Positions 61,458 to 64,000 of a stretch of DNA of 64,000 bases are shown in pieces. Numbering within the stretch: the stretch's first letter is position 1; each line of letters opens with the position of its first letter. The translations under genes and the position numbers were made by a program. The notes under the pieces were generated by a model. That model made no database searches. It saw only the letters and a program-made list of their open reading frames with translations, and had not been told where the DNA came from. This stretch comes from Guillardia theta CCMP2712 (taxonomy: Eukaryota > Protista > Cryptophyta): the NCBI RefSeq assembly GCF_000315625.1, contig NW_005434603.1:1-64000 (forward strand). Direction: 5' to 3'.

Positions 61458-63670
61458 ATGCTGCGCTTCTACGTCGTGCAAAGCATTGTGCTGGGCATTG
61501 TAGTCCACGAGTGAGTGGCAAGTTGTACATCCGAACGTCTGACTAAGATCCTACCAGGTTGCTGGCGATATCAAGGGGTGTGCGGAAGAAGACTCTCCGA
61601 CTTTCACAGATTTCCCAAGTGTGTTGTCATGCAAGATAAGAAATTTGTTGACATGGTCGGCGCAGGACGAACTGCTCGACTCTCCTTTCCTCACCCGTTG
61701 GCTTGGCCGCGCCAAGGCTGCAATGTTATGATCCTGGCTGGCAGGAACTTCTCTGGGGCTGCTGAGACTTGCGATTGGGATCTTTGAGCTCGGACTCATC
61801 GCACATGTGAGGACGAACTGTAGAACCTTTCGTGCATCTCACGAGGGGCTGATCCTCCTTCCTTGATCCTTTGTGCAGCCTATACTTGCTTGTCCCACCC
61901 ACCCATCTTCTCGCTCACTCTCCAACTCACCCTTCCTCTTGCCTCGTCTTCTTTTCTCTTCTTCCTCCCCTCCCTCCCCCCTCCCCTCCCTCCCCTCAAC
62001 TCACCTCGTCTGCTCAGAGATGTTTAATGGGGCCTGCTGACAACAAGTTCTGCAACGGTTTGAACGAGATCACCTTGAAAGTAGCTACTTCTGATCAGCT
62101 CGATCAGTTGTGGATGAGGGGAAACATTGCGTCCCTTACGGTGGCATCTGGTTATTCGCAACCTTCACTATTTGGAGCTGGGTCGGTCAGGTGAAGTGGA
62201 GGGGAGGAAGAGAGGGAGAGAGAGGATGTAGTATCAAAATAGATGAAGAGGAGAGGATTTAGGAGAAAGGGAGGGGAAGGGAGGGGAGGGGAAGAGAGAC
62301 AAGGAAAGGTGAAACGAGGAGAGGGTCGTCTGACAGTTGTCGTCAGGGCATCTACTTCTTCATCATCGGGCTCGCTCCGTTCGTCAACCTGGGGAGAAGG
62401 AGCTGGCTCCAACAGACGCTATGGGTGAAAGCAGATGTCAACCCAGCGCCGCGCTGAGCTCGCCTCATCCAGGTGCTGTATGAGATCATGTTCCCCATGG
62501 CGATCTTGGTCACGGTGGTCGTGTGGCTGGTAAGATGGCCGACCGGCTGCTTCTGTGGGGGGTGACGAGTGAGCAGGTGCTGGTGCCCTACCTTAACAAG
62601 GCAGTCGAGGACGGGAGGAGCAGGAACATCGAGACTCATCAGCTTGTGAGTGAGAGAAGAGCAGGGAGCAGGGAGCAGGGAGCAGGGAGCAGGGAGCAGG
62701 GAGAAGGGAGAAGGGAGAAGGGAGCAGGGAGCAGGGAGCAGAAGGTAACGGGCCGAGGTGCTCAACTTGACGGGTTTGGTTCTTGGCTGCTGCAGATGCA
62801 GCGCGTGCTCTACTCTTTCTCGGGCCTCAGCTTCCACTGCCTGAACCTTGTGTTCATGCTCCTGGTAGTTTTCCTCTTCTTCCTTTTCTCCCTTCCTCTT
62901 CCTTCTCTTTCCGATCTCCTTTCTGATCCTCTTCCTGCCCCTTGTTCTTTCACTATTCCTTTTGTCCTTGCCCACCTCATTCGCCTTTGTTTCCACCTCC
63001 AACTCCACCTCTCTTCTTCTGCCTCGCTATGTTCATTTCTACCAGCTGTGTCTTTCCATCATCCTTTGTCTTGCATCCTCTCTTACCCCCTCCTCTTCAT
63101 CCTCCCTCTCTTTACCCCCTCCTCTTCATCCTCCCTCTCTTTACCCCCTCCTCTTCATCCTCCTACTCTCACCCCATCCTCTTCATCCTTCCCTCGCTCC
63201 TTGTTCGTGGCTTATGCTGTCCACAGGAGTTCTCCCTCAATAAGATCAGCATTGAGCGCGCTCACAGACCCTTCATCCTTCTGTTTGGCTGCGCCTACGT
63301 CGAATTCGCCACTGTCTTTCACTCCCTCTTCGGCGTTTGGTGAGGAGGGAGGAGGGGGTGCGAGAGGGGGGGAGGGAGAGGGTGAGGAAAAACAGTGATT
63401 TGGATGAAAATGACGATGCTCGGCAAGAGCAGAGGAGGGGCAGGAGGAGGGCAGGAGGAGGGCAGGAGGAGGGCAGGGGGAGGGCAGGAGGAGGAGGAGG
63501 AGGAGGAGGAGGAGGAGGAGGAGGAGGAGGAGGAGAAGGTAGTGGTGAAAAGTGTTGCAGGTTCTACTTCTTCCTCGATTATCGTCGAAACATAAGCATC
63601 ATATTTTACCCCCTCCTAGTCTTAACCGTCCTCTTGTTCTTCCGCTGTGCAATATGGCTCAATGAGGTGA
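61458..63670 (+). CDS. FAR-17a/AIG1/rolling-stone-like multipass membrane protein (3' end probably beyond the window)
   Basis: Exons WLFATFTIWSWVGQ|GIYFFII, VLYEIMFPMAILVTVVVWL, SFHCLNLVFML, LFGCAYVEFA...GVW|FYFFLDY match the family's TxW, H and YxFL pattern. Confidence 0.7.
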
Positions 63671-63769
63671 GCAGTGAATACTTACCTCCCATGGGTCACT
63701 CCTCCTATCCTTGTTCTGCGCTATCACCATCATCGTCGTCATCATCATTACCACCATCACCGCCATGGT

Positions 63770-63950
63770 CTCATCATTGTCATCTACATCATCATCATCG
63801 TCACGAGCATCCTCCCCCTCATCATCATCATCATCATCATCTACATCATCATCATCATCATCATGATCATGATCAACATTGTCAACATCATCATTGTCAT
63901 TGTCATTGTCATTGTCATTGTCATTGTAACAAGCATCATCATCATCATCG
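63770..63950 (+). repeat. (ATC)n/(ATTGTC)n microsatellite, intronic
   Basis: Direct short repeats. Confidence 0.9.
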
Positions 63951-64000
63951 TTTTCGCCCTTTCCCTCATTCTTGCCTTCTCTCAATCTCTCTCCCCTTCT

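Overview
Eukaryotic, intron-dense nuclear DNA. It is most consistent with a cryptophyte alga such as Guillardia theta; this is an inference from the short GT-AG introns, a bipartite plastid-targeting presequence and a cryptophyte-type HTH gene. Recognisable genes: F-box/LRR protein, tRNA-Ala(AGC), 2OG-Fe(II) hydroxylase, single-domain voltage-gated cation channel, V-ATPase subunit d, M13 peptidase, NPPF-type methyltransferase, Psb34-like PSII protein, C2 protein, XPA, JmjC (RIOX/NO66-like), RseP/M50 protease, importin-5, a FAR-17a/AIG1-like membrane protein and a four-copy family of unknown small proteins. Two accessory regions (~8.4-14.7 kb and ~28.7-32.8 kb) hold decayed mobile DNA. The second contains a frameshifted Fanzor/TnpB-type RuvC fragment that the ORF track misses, next to a PIF/Harbinger transposase cut off by a 380-bp element with 20-bp inverted ends. 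Two window-wide signals stand out: a dispersed ~30-40-bp AT-rich terminal motif forming inverted pairs, and a recurring signature of 2-8-bp insertions that create local inverted or tandem micro-duplications in decayed DNA and may explain the GC-rich palindromic intergenic islands. Exon boundaries were read by eye and gene ends are approximate unless stated.
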